Source: Deltaproteobacteria bacterium (GTDB taxonomy: Bacteria; Desulfobacterota_D; UBA1144; Nemesobacterales; JAJCZQ01). From it: a stretch of 64,000 nt of DNA. The stretch covers positions 3,844 through 67,843 of the forward strand of contig JAJCZQ010000048.1 in the NCBI GenBank assembly GCA_029262335.1, read 5' to 3'. Within the stretch, counting starts at the first letter, position 1. Each line of letters starts with the position of its first letter. Under the pieces are notes generated by a model. The model was given only the letters and a program-made list of their open reading frames with translations, was not told where the DNA came from and did not search any database. The translations under genes and the position numbers were made by a program. Positions 41,690 through 50,263 of the stretch are shown here, piece by piece.

Positions 41690-41765
41690 TAGCGAATCCT
41701 AAATTTAAATATTTATTATTTCGCTTTCATTCCAAAGAATTTATTTTATAATAAACCACTTAAAA

Positions 41766-42437
41766 ATGAACACCCTTGCAGCCGTTCTCTGGAAAGATAT
41801 AATTAATGAACTTCGTACTAAAGAGATAGTCCTTTCTATGGCTGCATTCTCTGTAGTACTTGTTGTAATATTTAACTTCAGTCTTGTTATCAATAGAGAC
41901 AATATCGGACACCTTGTACCGTCGTTTCTCTGGATTTCAATTATTTTTGTCGGAACACTGGGGCTTAGCAGGACTTTTGCCATTGAAAAAGAAAACAGTG
42001 CAATAACGGGTATTTTAATCAGCCCTATCGACAGAAGTATGCTGTATTTTGCAAAAGTCCTTAGTAATTTGCTTTACGTGTTAATTGTGCAGTTTTTACT
42101 GCTGTTTTTATTTCTTTTTATGTTTAATATAAATTTGACCGGCAATATACTGATGCTGATTATTGTAATGGTATTGGGAGCTGTTGGATTTTCAACACTT
42201 GGTACACTTTTTTCAACAATGGCAATAAATACAAAGCTCAGAGAGCTTTTGCTTCCGGTAATACTTTTTCCTGTAATTATTCCGGTAATAATAAATGCGG
42301 TAAAAGCAACATCTTTAATATTCAGCGGCGGCGGGTATACGGAAATTAAACCATTTCTGAACATTTTAATAGCTTTTGATATCATATTTCTTGTAACATC
42401 AGCTCTGGTATATGAGTTTGTTGTAGAGGAGTCTTAA
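41766..42437 (+). CDS. ccmB: Heme exporter permease CcmB
   Basis: 223 aa. Six-TM ABC-2-type permease with CcmB-like conserved region (...SRTFAIEKENSAITGILISPIDRS...), placed between ccmA and ccmC. Confidence 0.8.
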   Translation: MNTLAAVLWKDIINELRTKEIVLSMAAFSVVLVVIFNFSLVINRDNIGHLVPSFLWISIIFVGTLGLSRTFAIEKENSAITGILISPIDRSMLYFAKVLSNLLYVLIVQFLLLFLFLFMFNINLTGNILMLIIVMVLGAVGFSTLGTLFSTMAINTKLRELLLPVILFPVIIPVIINAVKATSLIFSGGGYTEIKPFLNILIAFDIIFLVTSALVYEFVVEES

Positions 42438-42444
42438 AAGTTTT

Positions 42445-43107
42445 ATGAAACTATTATTTTATATAATTACTTTGATATTGATGCTCGTTTCTACATATGC
42501 AGCATTTATTTATGCCCCAACTGAAGTAATTATGGGACATATACAAAGGATATTCTATTTTCATATGGGGACGGTATGGGTAGCAACAATAGCTTTTATT
42601 ATTGTTTTTGTTGCTAGTATTTTATATCTGATCAATGGTAAAAGAAAGTGGGATGTGCTTGCATATACTTCTGCTGAATTAGGCGTTTTTTTTATAACAT
42701 TAACTATTATCACGGGAAGTATCTGGGCAAAACCCGTATGGGGTACATGGTGGACATGGGACCCTCAGCTAACTACTACATTTATACTCTGGATACTGTA
42801 TATTGTTTATCTGTTAATCAGGGCAAATTCTGGTTACGATGAAAAGAAAGCTAAATACTCAGCGGTATTTGCAATAATTGCTTTTATTGATCTTCCTCTT
42901 GTATATATATCTGCAAGGGTAATGAGGGGCATTTCTCCGGTAGTTTTCGGACCTGGTGGTGGTGGAATAGAACCAAAAATGTTAAATGCACTTTTAATAA
43001 CACTTGTTTCCTTTACATTACTATTTATTTTATTATTAGTCGAAAGAATAAAAATTGAGAATCTAAAGTATCAGATTAATAAACTAATATATACGGAGAA
43101 CAATTAG
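42445..43107 (+). CDS. ccmC: Heme exporter protein CcmC (heme handling protein with WWD domain)
   Basis: 220 aa. Trp-rich WWD motif WGTWWTWDPQLTT. The two conserved His residues needed for heme ligation were not individually located. Confidence 0.85.
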   Translation: MKLLFYIITLILMLVSTYAAFIYAPTEVIMGHIQRIFYFHMGTVWVATIAFIIVFVASILYLINGKRKWDVLAYTSAELGVFFITLTIITGSIWAKPVWGTWWTWDPQLTTTFILWILYIVYLLIRANSGYDEKKAKYSAVFAIIAFIDLPLVYISARVMRGISPVVFGPGGGGIEPKMLNALLITLVSFTLLFILLLVERIKIENLKYQINKLIYTENN

Positions 43108-43229
43108 TGGAATATCTATTCTGGGGACATGTATCAGTCTGGCTTTTTATTGCTGTATACGCCCTTTATTTAAAAAATACTTCAGACAATTTGAGCCGGA
43201 AACTAAAAGAACTAAATAACAAGGATTAA
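43107..43229 (+). CDS. ccmD: Putative heme exporter protein CcmD (small single-TM protein)
   Basis: This ORF is absent from the six-frame track. GTG overlaps the ccmC stop (TAGTG). 40 aa: (M)EYLFWGHVSVWLFIAVYALYLKNTSDNLSRKLKELNNKD, i.e. one TM helix plus a charged tail, in the position CcmD occupies between ccmC and ccmE. Confidence 0.5.
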   Translation: MEYLFWGHVSVWLFIAVYALYLKNTSDNLSRKLKELNNKD

Positions 43230-43238
43230 TATACAGAT

Positions 43239-43658
43239 ATGCTTAAGGGAAAATTAAAATTTATTATAGCTATTATTATAATTGCCGGAACCATTAGTTA
43301 CCTGGTATTTTCCGGAGTAAAAGACACGATGGTTTATTACCTGACTATCGACGAACTCCAGGCAAAAGTCCCGGAGGTTTACGGCGAAAGGGTAAGGGTT
43401 TCCGGTATTGTAGTTCCGGGGACTATAATAAAAGATAAAAACGGCAATATTGAATTCCGAATTACAGATGGTGAGAACAACATTGATGTAAAATACAGTG
43501 GTATTATTCCTGATATCTTTGCAGATGATGTTGAAGCAGTGGTTGAGGGAAATTATTCTCAACAGAATGTTTTTAATGCCGATGTACTCCTGGCCAAATG
43601 TCCTACTAAGTATGAGTCTGATGAGAAGTTGTATGAGTCGCATAAGGAAAGCAGTTAA
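43239..43658 (+). CDS. ccmE: Cytochrome c-type biogenesis heme chaperone CcmE, CxxxY variant
   Basis: 139 aa. N-terminal TM anchor, OB-fold core (RVSGIVVPGTI...FRITDGEN), heme-binding motif LLAKCPTKYES. Cys121 is encoded at 43599-43601; canonical CcmE has His-x3-Tyr at this position. Confidence 0.85.
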   Translation: MLKGKLKFIIAIIIIAGTISYLVFSGVKDTMVYYLTIDELQAKVPEVYGERVRVSGIVVPGTIIKDKNGNIEFRITDGENNIDVKYSGIIPDIFADDVEAVVEGNYSQQNVFNADVLLAKCPTKYESDEKLYESHKESS

Positions 43659-45652
43659 TGTATCAAATAGGTAATGTCTGTGTCTATTTTGCATTTTTCC
43701 TGTCACTCTATACCGTAGCAGCTTCTCTGATAGGTGCCAGATACAGGAACAGAGATTTAATAGAGAGCGGAAGAAATTCTGCTTTATCCATATTTATACT
43801 ATTAATTATAGTTTCAGCATCTTTGGTCTATGAGCTTATTAATACAAATTTTAATCTCAGATACGTTGCCTTAAATACAAGTACCGACCTTCCGACAATA
43901 TACAGGTTTACCGCATTATGGGCAGGGCAGGCAGGATCGCTTCTTTTATGGTGTCTAGTCCTTTCACTCTTTTCTTCTATAGTTGTAATGTTTTCAAATA
44001 AAAGGGACATTGATTATCAGCCATGGGTGGTTGTAGTTTTATATACAGTACTGGCATTTTTCCTATACCTGATAACATTTGTTGAAAATCCTTTTGATCT
44101 ATTACCATTTACACCAAACGAGGGCAGGGGCCTTAACCCAATACTTCAAAATGGCTACATGGCAATTCATCCTGTCACTTTGTATCTGGGTTATGTCGGC
44201 CTTACAATACCTTTTGCTTTTGGTATGGCCGCATTAATTAGCGGAAGATTAAATGATTCATGGATAAGACAATCAAGAAGGTGGACAATTCTTGCCTGGA
44301 CATTTCTTAGCGTCGGGCTTTTACTTGGTGCAAGATGGGCATATCTTGAACTTGGCTGGGGCGGTTATTGGGCATGGGACCCTGTTGAAAATGCAGCTTT
44401 TATGCCATGGCTTACAGCAACAGCATTCGTACATTCCGTGATGATCCAGGAAAGGAACGGTATGCTTCGCAAATGGAACATTATTTTACTTATAACCACA
44501 TTCTTCCTTACTTTACTTGGTACTTTTATTACACGTAGCGGCATAATTTCCTCTGTTCATTCATTTGCACAGTCAGATATTGGGCCATTATTCCTTGGAT
44601 TTATTGCCTTTGTATTAATTTTTTCATTTGGGATATTCCTTTACAGAATTAAAGAGCTTGAAAGTGAAGAAAATTTTGATTCAATTATATCGAGGGAAAG
44701 TGCATTTATTTTTAATAACCTGCTATTTCTCGGTGCAGCATTTGCTGTTTTTCTCGGAACTATATTCCCGATTATATCTGAAGCCGTTACTGGTGAGAAG
44801 ATACTTGTCGGCCCCCCATTCTTTAACAAGGTAAATGTTCCAATTGGGCTGGTCCTTATATTCCTTATGGGTGTAGGCCCGCTTATTTCATGGAGAAAAG
44901 CATCACCTGAAAATCTTAAAAAGAATTTTCTACTTCCCATGATAGTGGCAGTATGTGTAGGGATTGTGCTATTTATTTTAAATATAAGAGATATTACAGC
45001 GCTACTCAGCTTCTCATTATGCGGGTTTGTAGTTGCAACAATTGTCACTGAATTTTACAAAGGCGTTTCCGTACGTTCATCCAGGGGTGAGAATATTGTT
45101 GTATCGTTAACTACTATGATATCCCGAAATAAAAGGCGTTACGGCGGTTATATAGTCCATTTAGGGGTTGTCCTTATTGTTATAGGTATAACAGCATCAT
45201 CAACTTTTAATTCTGAAGTAGAAGCTACTTTAAATACAGGTGAATCTTTTAAAATCGGTGAATATGAATTAACTTTTGAAAAACTGGAAACCTATAAAAA
45301 CGATGCAAAAAATGGAACAAAAGCAGTACTGCTTCTCTCAGCCGGCGGCAGAACTATTGACACCGTATATCCTGAGAAAAATATATACAGGTACGAGGGC
45401 AACAGAGAAATAAACCAGGAAACAGAAGTATCTTTGAGGTCAACATATAAAGACGACCTTTATATAATACTCTCGAACGTAAACAGCAATACAAATGCAA
45501 CATTCAGGGCAATGATCAACCCAATGGTTAGCTGGATATGGGCAGGTGGTATAGTTGTTCTTTTTGGAGCATTGATTACCATGATGCCAAAGTTCGCTAA
45601 AAGAAGATCAAGCGTTACCGAAGAAATTGGTTTAAATGCTGAAAAAGCATAA
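43658..45652 (+). CDS. ccmF: Cytochrome c-type biogenesis protein CcmF (heme lyase component)
   Basis: 664 aa multi-TM protein. WWD-type Trp-rich motif WGGYWAWDPVEN. ATG overlaps the ccmE stop (TAATG). Confidence 0.9.
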   Translation: MYQIGNVCVYFAFFLSLYTVAASLIGARYRNRDLIESGRNSALSIFILLIIVSASLVYELINTNFNLRYVALNTSTDLPTIYRFTALWAGQAGSLLLWCLVLSLFSSIVVMFSNKRDIDYQPWVVVVLYTVLAFFLYLITFVENPFDLLPFTPNEGRGLNPILQNGYMAIHPVTLYLGYVGLTIPFAFGMAALISGRLNDSWIRQSRRWTILAWTFLSVGLLLGARWAYLELGWGGYWAWDPVENAAFMPWLTATAFVHSVMIQERNGMLRKWNIILLITTFFLTLLGTFITRSGIISSVHSFAQSDIGPLFLGFIAFVLIFSFGIFLYRIKELESEENFDSIISRESAFIFNNLLFLGAAFAVFLGTIFPIISEAVTGEKILVGPPFFNKVNVPIGLVLIFLMGVGPLISWRKASPENLKKNFLLPMIVAVCVGIVLFILNIRDITALLSFSLCGFVVATIVTEFYKGVSVRSSRGENIVVSLTTMISRNKRRYGGYIVHLGVVLIVIGITASSTFNSEVEATLNTGESFKIGEYELTFEKLETYKNDAKNGTKAVLLLSAGGRTIDTVYPEKNIYRYEGNREINQETEVSLRSTYKDDLYIILSNVNSNTNATFRAMINPMVSWIWAGGIVVLFGALITMMPKFAKRRSSVTEEIGLNAEKA

Positions 45653-45676
45653 TCTTAACTTTTATCAAAAAACATT

Positions 45677-46042
45677 ATGAATCTGATTGTAATAGTAGTA
45701 CTAATTTCAATATCAATCTCTATCTATATTTTATTCCCGATAATAAAGAAATATTTGATAAACACTGAAGTAGAGATTGATAATTCAGGCACAGACCCTG
45801 AATATAAAAATTTAATAAGAGAAAAAGACCAGCTCCTTAACGAAATAATGGATATAGACCTGGACTATGGATTAGAAAAACTCGGAGATAAAGATTATAA
45901 GGAATTAAGGCAGAAATACCGTTTAAAAGCCGCAGGGGTTATAAAGAAAATAGAAAATTATGAAAAGCTTCATAACACTGAAATTGATATGGTTCTAAGT
46001 AAAAAAATTGATGACGAGATTGAGAATTTAAAAAGAAAATAA
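45677..46042 (+). CDS. Small single-pass membrane protein with a cytoplasmic coiled-coil tail; the tail motif is shared with the next gene
   Basis: 121 aa. N-terminal TM (LIVIVVLISISISIYILFPII) followed by KK, so the tail is predicted cytoplasmic. The tail NLIREKDQLLNEIMDIDLDYGLEKLGDKDYKELRQKYRLKAAGVIKKIE aligns to the C-terminus of the 46061 gene. Confidence 0.5.
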   Translation: MNLIVIVVLISISISIYILFPIIKKYLINTEVEIDNSGTDPEYKNLIREKDQLLNEIMDIDLDYGLEKLGDKDYKELRQKYRLKAAGVIKKIENYEKLHNTEIDMVLSKKIDDEIENLKRK

Positions 46043-46060
46043 AAAAGTAAATCATTTTTC

Positions 46061-47476
46061 ATGTTAATACAAAAATATAATTCATATTTTATATGCCTTT
46101 TACTTTTATTCAGTTTGCTTAACGTCTTGCCGGCTTTTTCACAGACTGGCAGTGAACTGTTTATGGAAAACAGGTGTTCAAGGTGCCATACAATAGGAAG
46201 GGGGCGTTTTGTTGGGCCTGACCTTTATAATATTTCAAAAAAATACAATAAAGAACAGGTAAATGCCTGGATACTTAACCCGGATATAATTTACAGCCAG
46301 ACAAATAAAAAACCCTTTAATCCCGGATACCCTCCTATGCCTCAGCTTGGCATAACTGAACACAATGCCGAGCTTATAACAAACTTTCTTTTTAATAACA
46401 AAATACAGCAACAGAAAGAAAATGCCGGGGTAATTGAAGGTGTACTTGTTAATGAATCATCCGGTAAAGGTACAGAGGGTAATGATATTTATTTAAAATC
46501 CTTCATAGGGGACAGGCTGACTGATGAAAAACTTCAGATAACTGACGAAGAAGGAAAATTTAGATTTAAAGACTTAAGCTGGGTAAACAGTTATTCCATC
46601 AAGATTAAACATGAAGGGCTTGAGTATGAAACAGCTAAAATGGTATTCCCTCCCGACCAGGGTTCTATAGATTTAAAACTGCCGTTATTTGAAACGACCG
46701 ATAATGATTCAGAAATATTCCTAAATTTAAATCATCAAATTGTAAGTGTAGCTGAAAAGACCGTATCTATTGCAGAGATTTATGATTATGAAAACCGGGG
46801 TAATAGTATCTATATAGGCAAACCTGGTGATGACAATCTTAGACGTACATTAAAATTTTATGTTCCTGAAAATGCTATTAATCTAAAGTTTGTAGAAGGG
46901 CTTGATAATGATGAAATTCAAAGAGAGAAAACTACTGTTTATGATAGTTCAGGATTTCCGCCCGGAAGAAAAAGAGTCGTATTAACTTATGAAATCCCTC
47001 TTGAATTTGGAAAAAATCTTATAAATAAAGATGTACTAACTAATGTTTCTACGCTTCTTTTACTTGTTGATGACCAAAACGGGATGGTGGATGTCAGTAC
47101 TCTTAGTGAACTGGAACCGGTAACAATTGAAAATAAAAAATATAAAAGATGGTCCGGGAATAATTTAAAATCAGGCAGCAATTACGTTATTACAGTAACG
47201 AACAGGTCACTTTCCATAAAATATATTGATCTTTTCCCCGTTATTATCTTTGCTGTATTGTTTCTGTCCGTCTTTATCATTGGGCTTATTACACGTACTG
47301 AGAATAAAAATAATGTAAAGAACTTGCTGCTCAGGAGAGATGAAATAGTAAAGACAATAATCACTCTTGATGAAGAGTATAAGAAAAACTCTGTTAATGA
47401 ATCCACTTATAAAGAAAAAAGATATAGATTAAAAAATTCAATTATTGAAATTGATAAAAAGATAAACGAAGATTAA
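46061..47476 (+). CDS. Membrane-anchored monoheme cytochrome c fused to a transthyretin/CarboxypepD_reg-like beta-sandwich and a further periplasmic domain, with C-terminal TM plus conserved tail
   Basis: Signal peptide (cleavage AFS/QT). Class I cytochrome c domain with CSRCH (CxxCH) and a candidate Met ligand (PPMPQLG). GVIEGVLVNESSGKGTEGNDIYL...TDEEGKFRFKDLSWVNSYSIKI is a CarboxypepD_reg-like pattern. C-terminal TM (LFPVIIFAVLFLSVFIIGLI). Tail NLLLRRDEIVKTIITLDEEYKKNSVNESTYKEKRYRLKNSIIEIDKKI. Confidence 0.6.
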   Translation: MLIQKYNSYFICLLLLFSLLNVLPAFSQTGSELFMENRCSRCHTIGRGRFVGPDLYNISKKYNKEQVNAWILNPDIIYSQTNKKPFNPGYPPMPQLGITEHNAELITNFLFNNKIQQQKENAGVIEGVLVNESSGKGTEGNDIYLKSFIGDRLTDEKLQITDEEGKFRFKDLSWVNSYSIKIKHEGLEYETAKMVFPPDQGSIDLKLPLFETTDNDSEIFLNLNHQIVSVAEKTVSIAEIYDYENRGNSIYIGKPGDDNLRRTLKFYVPENAINLKFVEGLDNDEIQREKTTVYDSSGFPPGRKRVVLTYEIPLEFGKNLINKDVLTNVSTLLLLVDDQNGMVDVSTLSELEPVTIENKKYKRWSGNNLKSGSNYVITVTNRSLSIKYIDLFPVIIFAVLFLSVFIIGLITRTENKNNVKNLLLRRDEIVKTIITLDEEYKKNSVNESTYKEKRYRLKNSIIEIDKKINED

Positions 47477-48195
47477 AGATCACCAAATTGGTACTGAATA
47501 GCAGTTACAGCTGCAATTGATGCAGTTTCTACTCTTAATATCCTGGGGCCAAGCCCTACAATACTTATACTGTTTTTCGTCGCATATTCTATTTCACTGT
47601 CTGTAAAACCACCTTCTGGGCCGATTATTATATTAATTGTATTATAATTGGAATTTTGATTGTTTAGATATTTATGGAGATTGTTCACTTCATTCTCATA
47701 AAATAACAGAGATAAGTGATCAGTTGATAGGAATTCGTTGATATTTCTAAAATCGATAAAGTCATTTATTTCTGTTGGTTTTGGCCTGCCGCACTGTTTG
47801 CATGATTCAATAGCAATTTTTTTCCATCTTTCTGATTTCCTTGAGTCCTGGACAATGCCTCTTTGCGTTCTTATAGGAGTTATTGATGTAACACCAAGTT
47901 CAGTTGTTTTTTGCACTATAAGGTCCATCTTTGAGCCTTTAGGGATTGATTGAAAGAGGTGTATGTTAATATTTGATTCTTTTATATTCTTATTAGTCTT
48001 CAAAATAATAACTTCGAGTTCATTCCTGTCTACAGAAACAATTTTTCCTGTATGTTCATTATATAGCTCATCAAACAGAGTTAGTTGGTCGTCTATCGTT
48101 AATCTCAGCACTTTTGAGATATGTTTAAAGCTGTCACCAGTAATTATTGCTTTATTATCAGTTATTTGTGAGCTATTTATTGGAAATCTAGGCAT
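47473..48195 (-). CDS. rsmE: 16S rRNA (uracil1498-N3)-methyltransferase RsmE-like
   Basis: 240 aa. N-terminal PUA-like domain plus C-terminal SPOUT domain (...IIIGPEGGFTDSEIE...). Confidence 0.75.
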   Translation of the reverse strand: MPRFPINSSQITDNKAIITGDSFKHISKVLRLTIDDQLTLFDELYNEHTGKIVSVDRNELEVIILKTNKNIKESNINIHLFQSIPKGSKMDLIVQKTTELGVTSITPIRTQRGIVQDSRKSERWKKIAIESCKQCGRPKPTEINDFIDFRNINEFLSTDHLSLLFYENEVNNLHKYLNNQNSNYNTINIIIGPEGGFTDSEIEYATKNSISIVGLGPRILRVETASIAAVTAIQYQFGDL

Positions 48196-48536
48196 TTTAT
48201 TTTTACTTTAAGTTTAGTACTTTAACTTTAATAATAATAGTTAATGTCCTTTTTTTAAAGATATTTAAAGCTTTTTTCTTTAATTTAAGCATATAACCAT
48301 TATTTATTATTAACTTATTGTAAAATTGATAGTTTAAGTAATTTCTAGCTTCTAATTGATTCAAATTAATAAAATTTTTGTATTAATATATCACTTTAAC
48401 TTTGCGTAATAATTTAAGGAAATTATTAACTTTAAGTATTCTGAATTTAAATATTGTGTGATTATAATGTGTTATACTGAACAATTAATTCCGAGATCAT
48501 ATATTTTAAAGTATTACTTTAACTATTTAGTAATTT
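48196..48536. promoter_or_regulatory. AT-rich intergenic region carrying five copies of an ACTTTAA(C/G)TTT-like motif (candidate operator/promoter array upstream of rsmE)
   Basis: Motif occurrences: tactttaagttt at ~48206, tactttaacttta at ~48219, cactttaacttt at ~48393, taactttaagta at ~48428, tactttaactat at ~48517. 341 bp with no ORFs. Confidence 0.4.
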
Positions 48537-50108
48537 TTATTTAATATTCAGTTTATCTGCGGATTTAAAATAGCTGATAATTGCAACGATTAACCCCTCA
48601 ACGGTATGTTTTCCTGCCTGTATATCCGCCCTAAATCCATTGTCTTTAATTGTCATTGAAGTTATTGGGCCAATAGAAGATATTATTGTGTTATTTAGGA
48701 GAGTTATATCATTTCCAAGCATCTTTTTAAGGTTGGTAAAAGTTGATGAACTGGTAAAAGTAATAAGATCAATATCACCTGATTTTAATTTGTGAATTAT
48801 ATCCTTTTTAACTGAAATTGAGGTAGGTGGTATTACTGTTTCATAACATTCTGCAACTGTTACTATGGCTTTTAACTCTTTAAGTGTTTCCGGAAGAATG
48901 TCTCGTGCGATTTTGGCTCTTGGTATTAATACGTTTTTGTTTTTTAAATTATGAGCTTTTAATGCTGTCAAAATACCTTCGGCAGTGTACTTTCGCGGGG
49001 TCAAGTCAGAATTAAGCCCATGCCTGGATAATTCTGCAGATGTTTTTTCACCTATGGTAATAATGGTTTTATTATTAAAAATCCTTGAATCATGTTTGTT
49101 TTTCTTAATTCTTTCAAAAAAGAATTTTACCCCGTTTACACTTGTAAATATGACATAATCATATTTTGAGAAGTTCTTTATTGAACTATCTACATTTTTC
49201 CAGGATTTAACCGGGACAGTTTTTATTGTTGGAAGCTCTATTACATTTGCTCCATAAGAATAAAGTGTGTCTCTTAGTCCAGTGGACTGTTCACTTGCCC
49301 TTGTAATTATTATGTTCTTGCCGAATAAAGGCTTTTTCTCAAACCAGTTGATGTTTTTTCTTAAATTAACAATTTCTCCAATAAGTATTACAGCAGGTGT
49401 TGTTATAGTTTTGTCCTTTTTTACCCTGTCTGCAATATCTGATAAATTCCCAACTACTGAATTCTGCGTTGGGAGGGTACCCCAGGATGTGATTATTACA
49501 GGTGTATCTGGGGGCATACTGTTTTTCATTAATTTTCTGGTAATCGATGAAAGGTTCTTTAACGACATTAGAAATACGAGAGTATCAAGTGAAGATATGG
49601 CTTTCCAGTTGATGCTGGATTTTATCTTGTCTGGATTTTCATGACCTGTGATTACTGCAAATGATGAGTTGTATTTGCGGTGAGTAAGTGGAACACCAGA
49701 ATAGCCGGGAACAGCACTGATGGAGCTGACACCCGGTACTATTTCTACTAATATCCCGGCTTTTGTAAGTGCTTCAGCTTCTTCACCCCCACGACCAAAC
49801 AGAAAAGGGTCTCCGCCTTTTAGCCTGATAACAACTCTGTTTCTTTTTGAACTGCTGATCAGAATGTCGTTTATTTCTTTTTGGGTAATTGATTTTTTAT
49901 TAGATTTTTTACCAACAAAAATAAGTTTTGTCTTCTTATTGCAATGATTAAGGAGCTTGGTATTTATTAATGAATCGTATACAACGACATCGGCTGTTTC
50001 CAAGAGGGCTTTGCCCTTTTCAGTTATTAACCCGGGATCACCAGGCCCGGCACCTACAAGATAAACCATTGTGTTCATATTAAATAAAATTGAAACCGAA
50101 CAGTGCAT
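48537..50108 (-). CDS. cobA: Bifunctional uroporphyrinogen-III C-methyltransferase / uroporphyrinogen-III synthase (CobA/HemD fusion)
   Basis: 523 aa. N-terminal SUMT domain (VYLVGAGPGDPGLITEKGKALLETADVVVYDSL...) and a C-terminal ~250-aa HemD-like domain. The true start may be the internal Met of MNTMVYLVGAG (~50078). Confidence 0.8.
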   Translation of the reverse strand: MHCSVSILFNMNTMVYLVGAGPGDPGLITEKGKALLETADVVVYDSLINTKLLNHCNKKTKLIFVGKKSNKKSITQKEINDILISSSKRNRVVIRLKGGDPFLFGRGGEEAEALTKAGILVEIVPGVSSISAVPGYSGVPLTHRKYNSSFAVITGHENPDKIKSSINWKAISSLDTLVFLMSLKNLSSITRKLMKNSMPPDTPVIITSWGTLPTQNSVVGNLSDIADRVKKDKTITTPAVILIGEIVNLRKNINWFEKKPLFGKNIIITRASEQSTGLRDTLYSYGANVIELPTIKTVPVKSWKNVDSSIKNFSKYDYVIFTSVNGVKFFFERIKKNKHDSRIFNNKTIITIGEKTSAELSRHGLNSDLTPRKYTAEGILTALKAHNLKNKNVLIPRAKIARDILPETLKELKAIVTVAECYETVIPPTSISVKKDIIHKLKSGDIDLITFTSSSTFTNLKKMLGNDITLLNNTIISSIGPITSMTIKDNGFRADIQAGKHTVEGLIVAIISYFKSADKLNIK

Positions 50109-50263
50109 GAATTGTCAAGGGAGTTGATTTCTCGTAAATAACAATTATAGATATTATTAACCTTTTAAATATGGATGGTGTATTAAATATTATTATTTTA
50201 TTTCTTCAAACGTGTTGTAACATTTTATTAAAATATAAAGTTTAATATTTATAACTACTTAGT

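Noticed and set aside
48196-48536. Possible CRISPR array or mobile-element terminus in the repeat-containing AT-rich spacer
   Set aside because: The repeat units are only ~11-13 bp, imperfect and irregularly spaced. No cas genes or transposase/integrase are adjacent. A regulatory motif array is the better explanation; it is kept as a finding.
50109-50263. Candidate ECF-type promoter (GTAAC ... 17 nt ... AGTTTAA) upstream of the sigma factor gene
   Set aside because: The match to an AAC -35 / CGT-containing -10 consensus is weak, and the region is so AT-rich that such words occur by chance. It cannot be supported without the ECF-group-specific consensus or transcript data.
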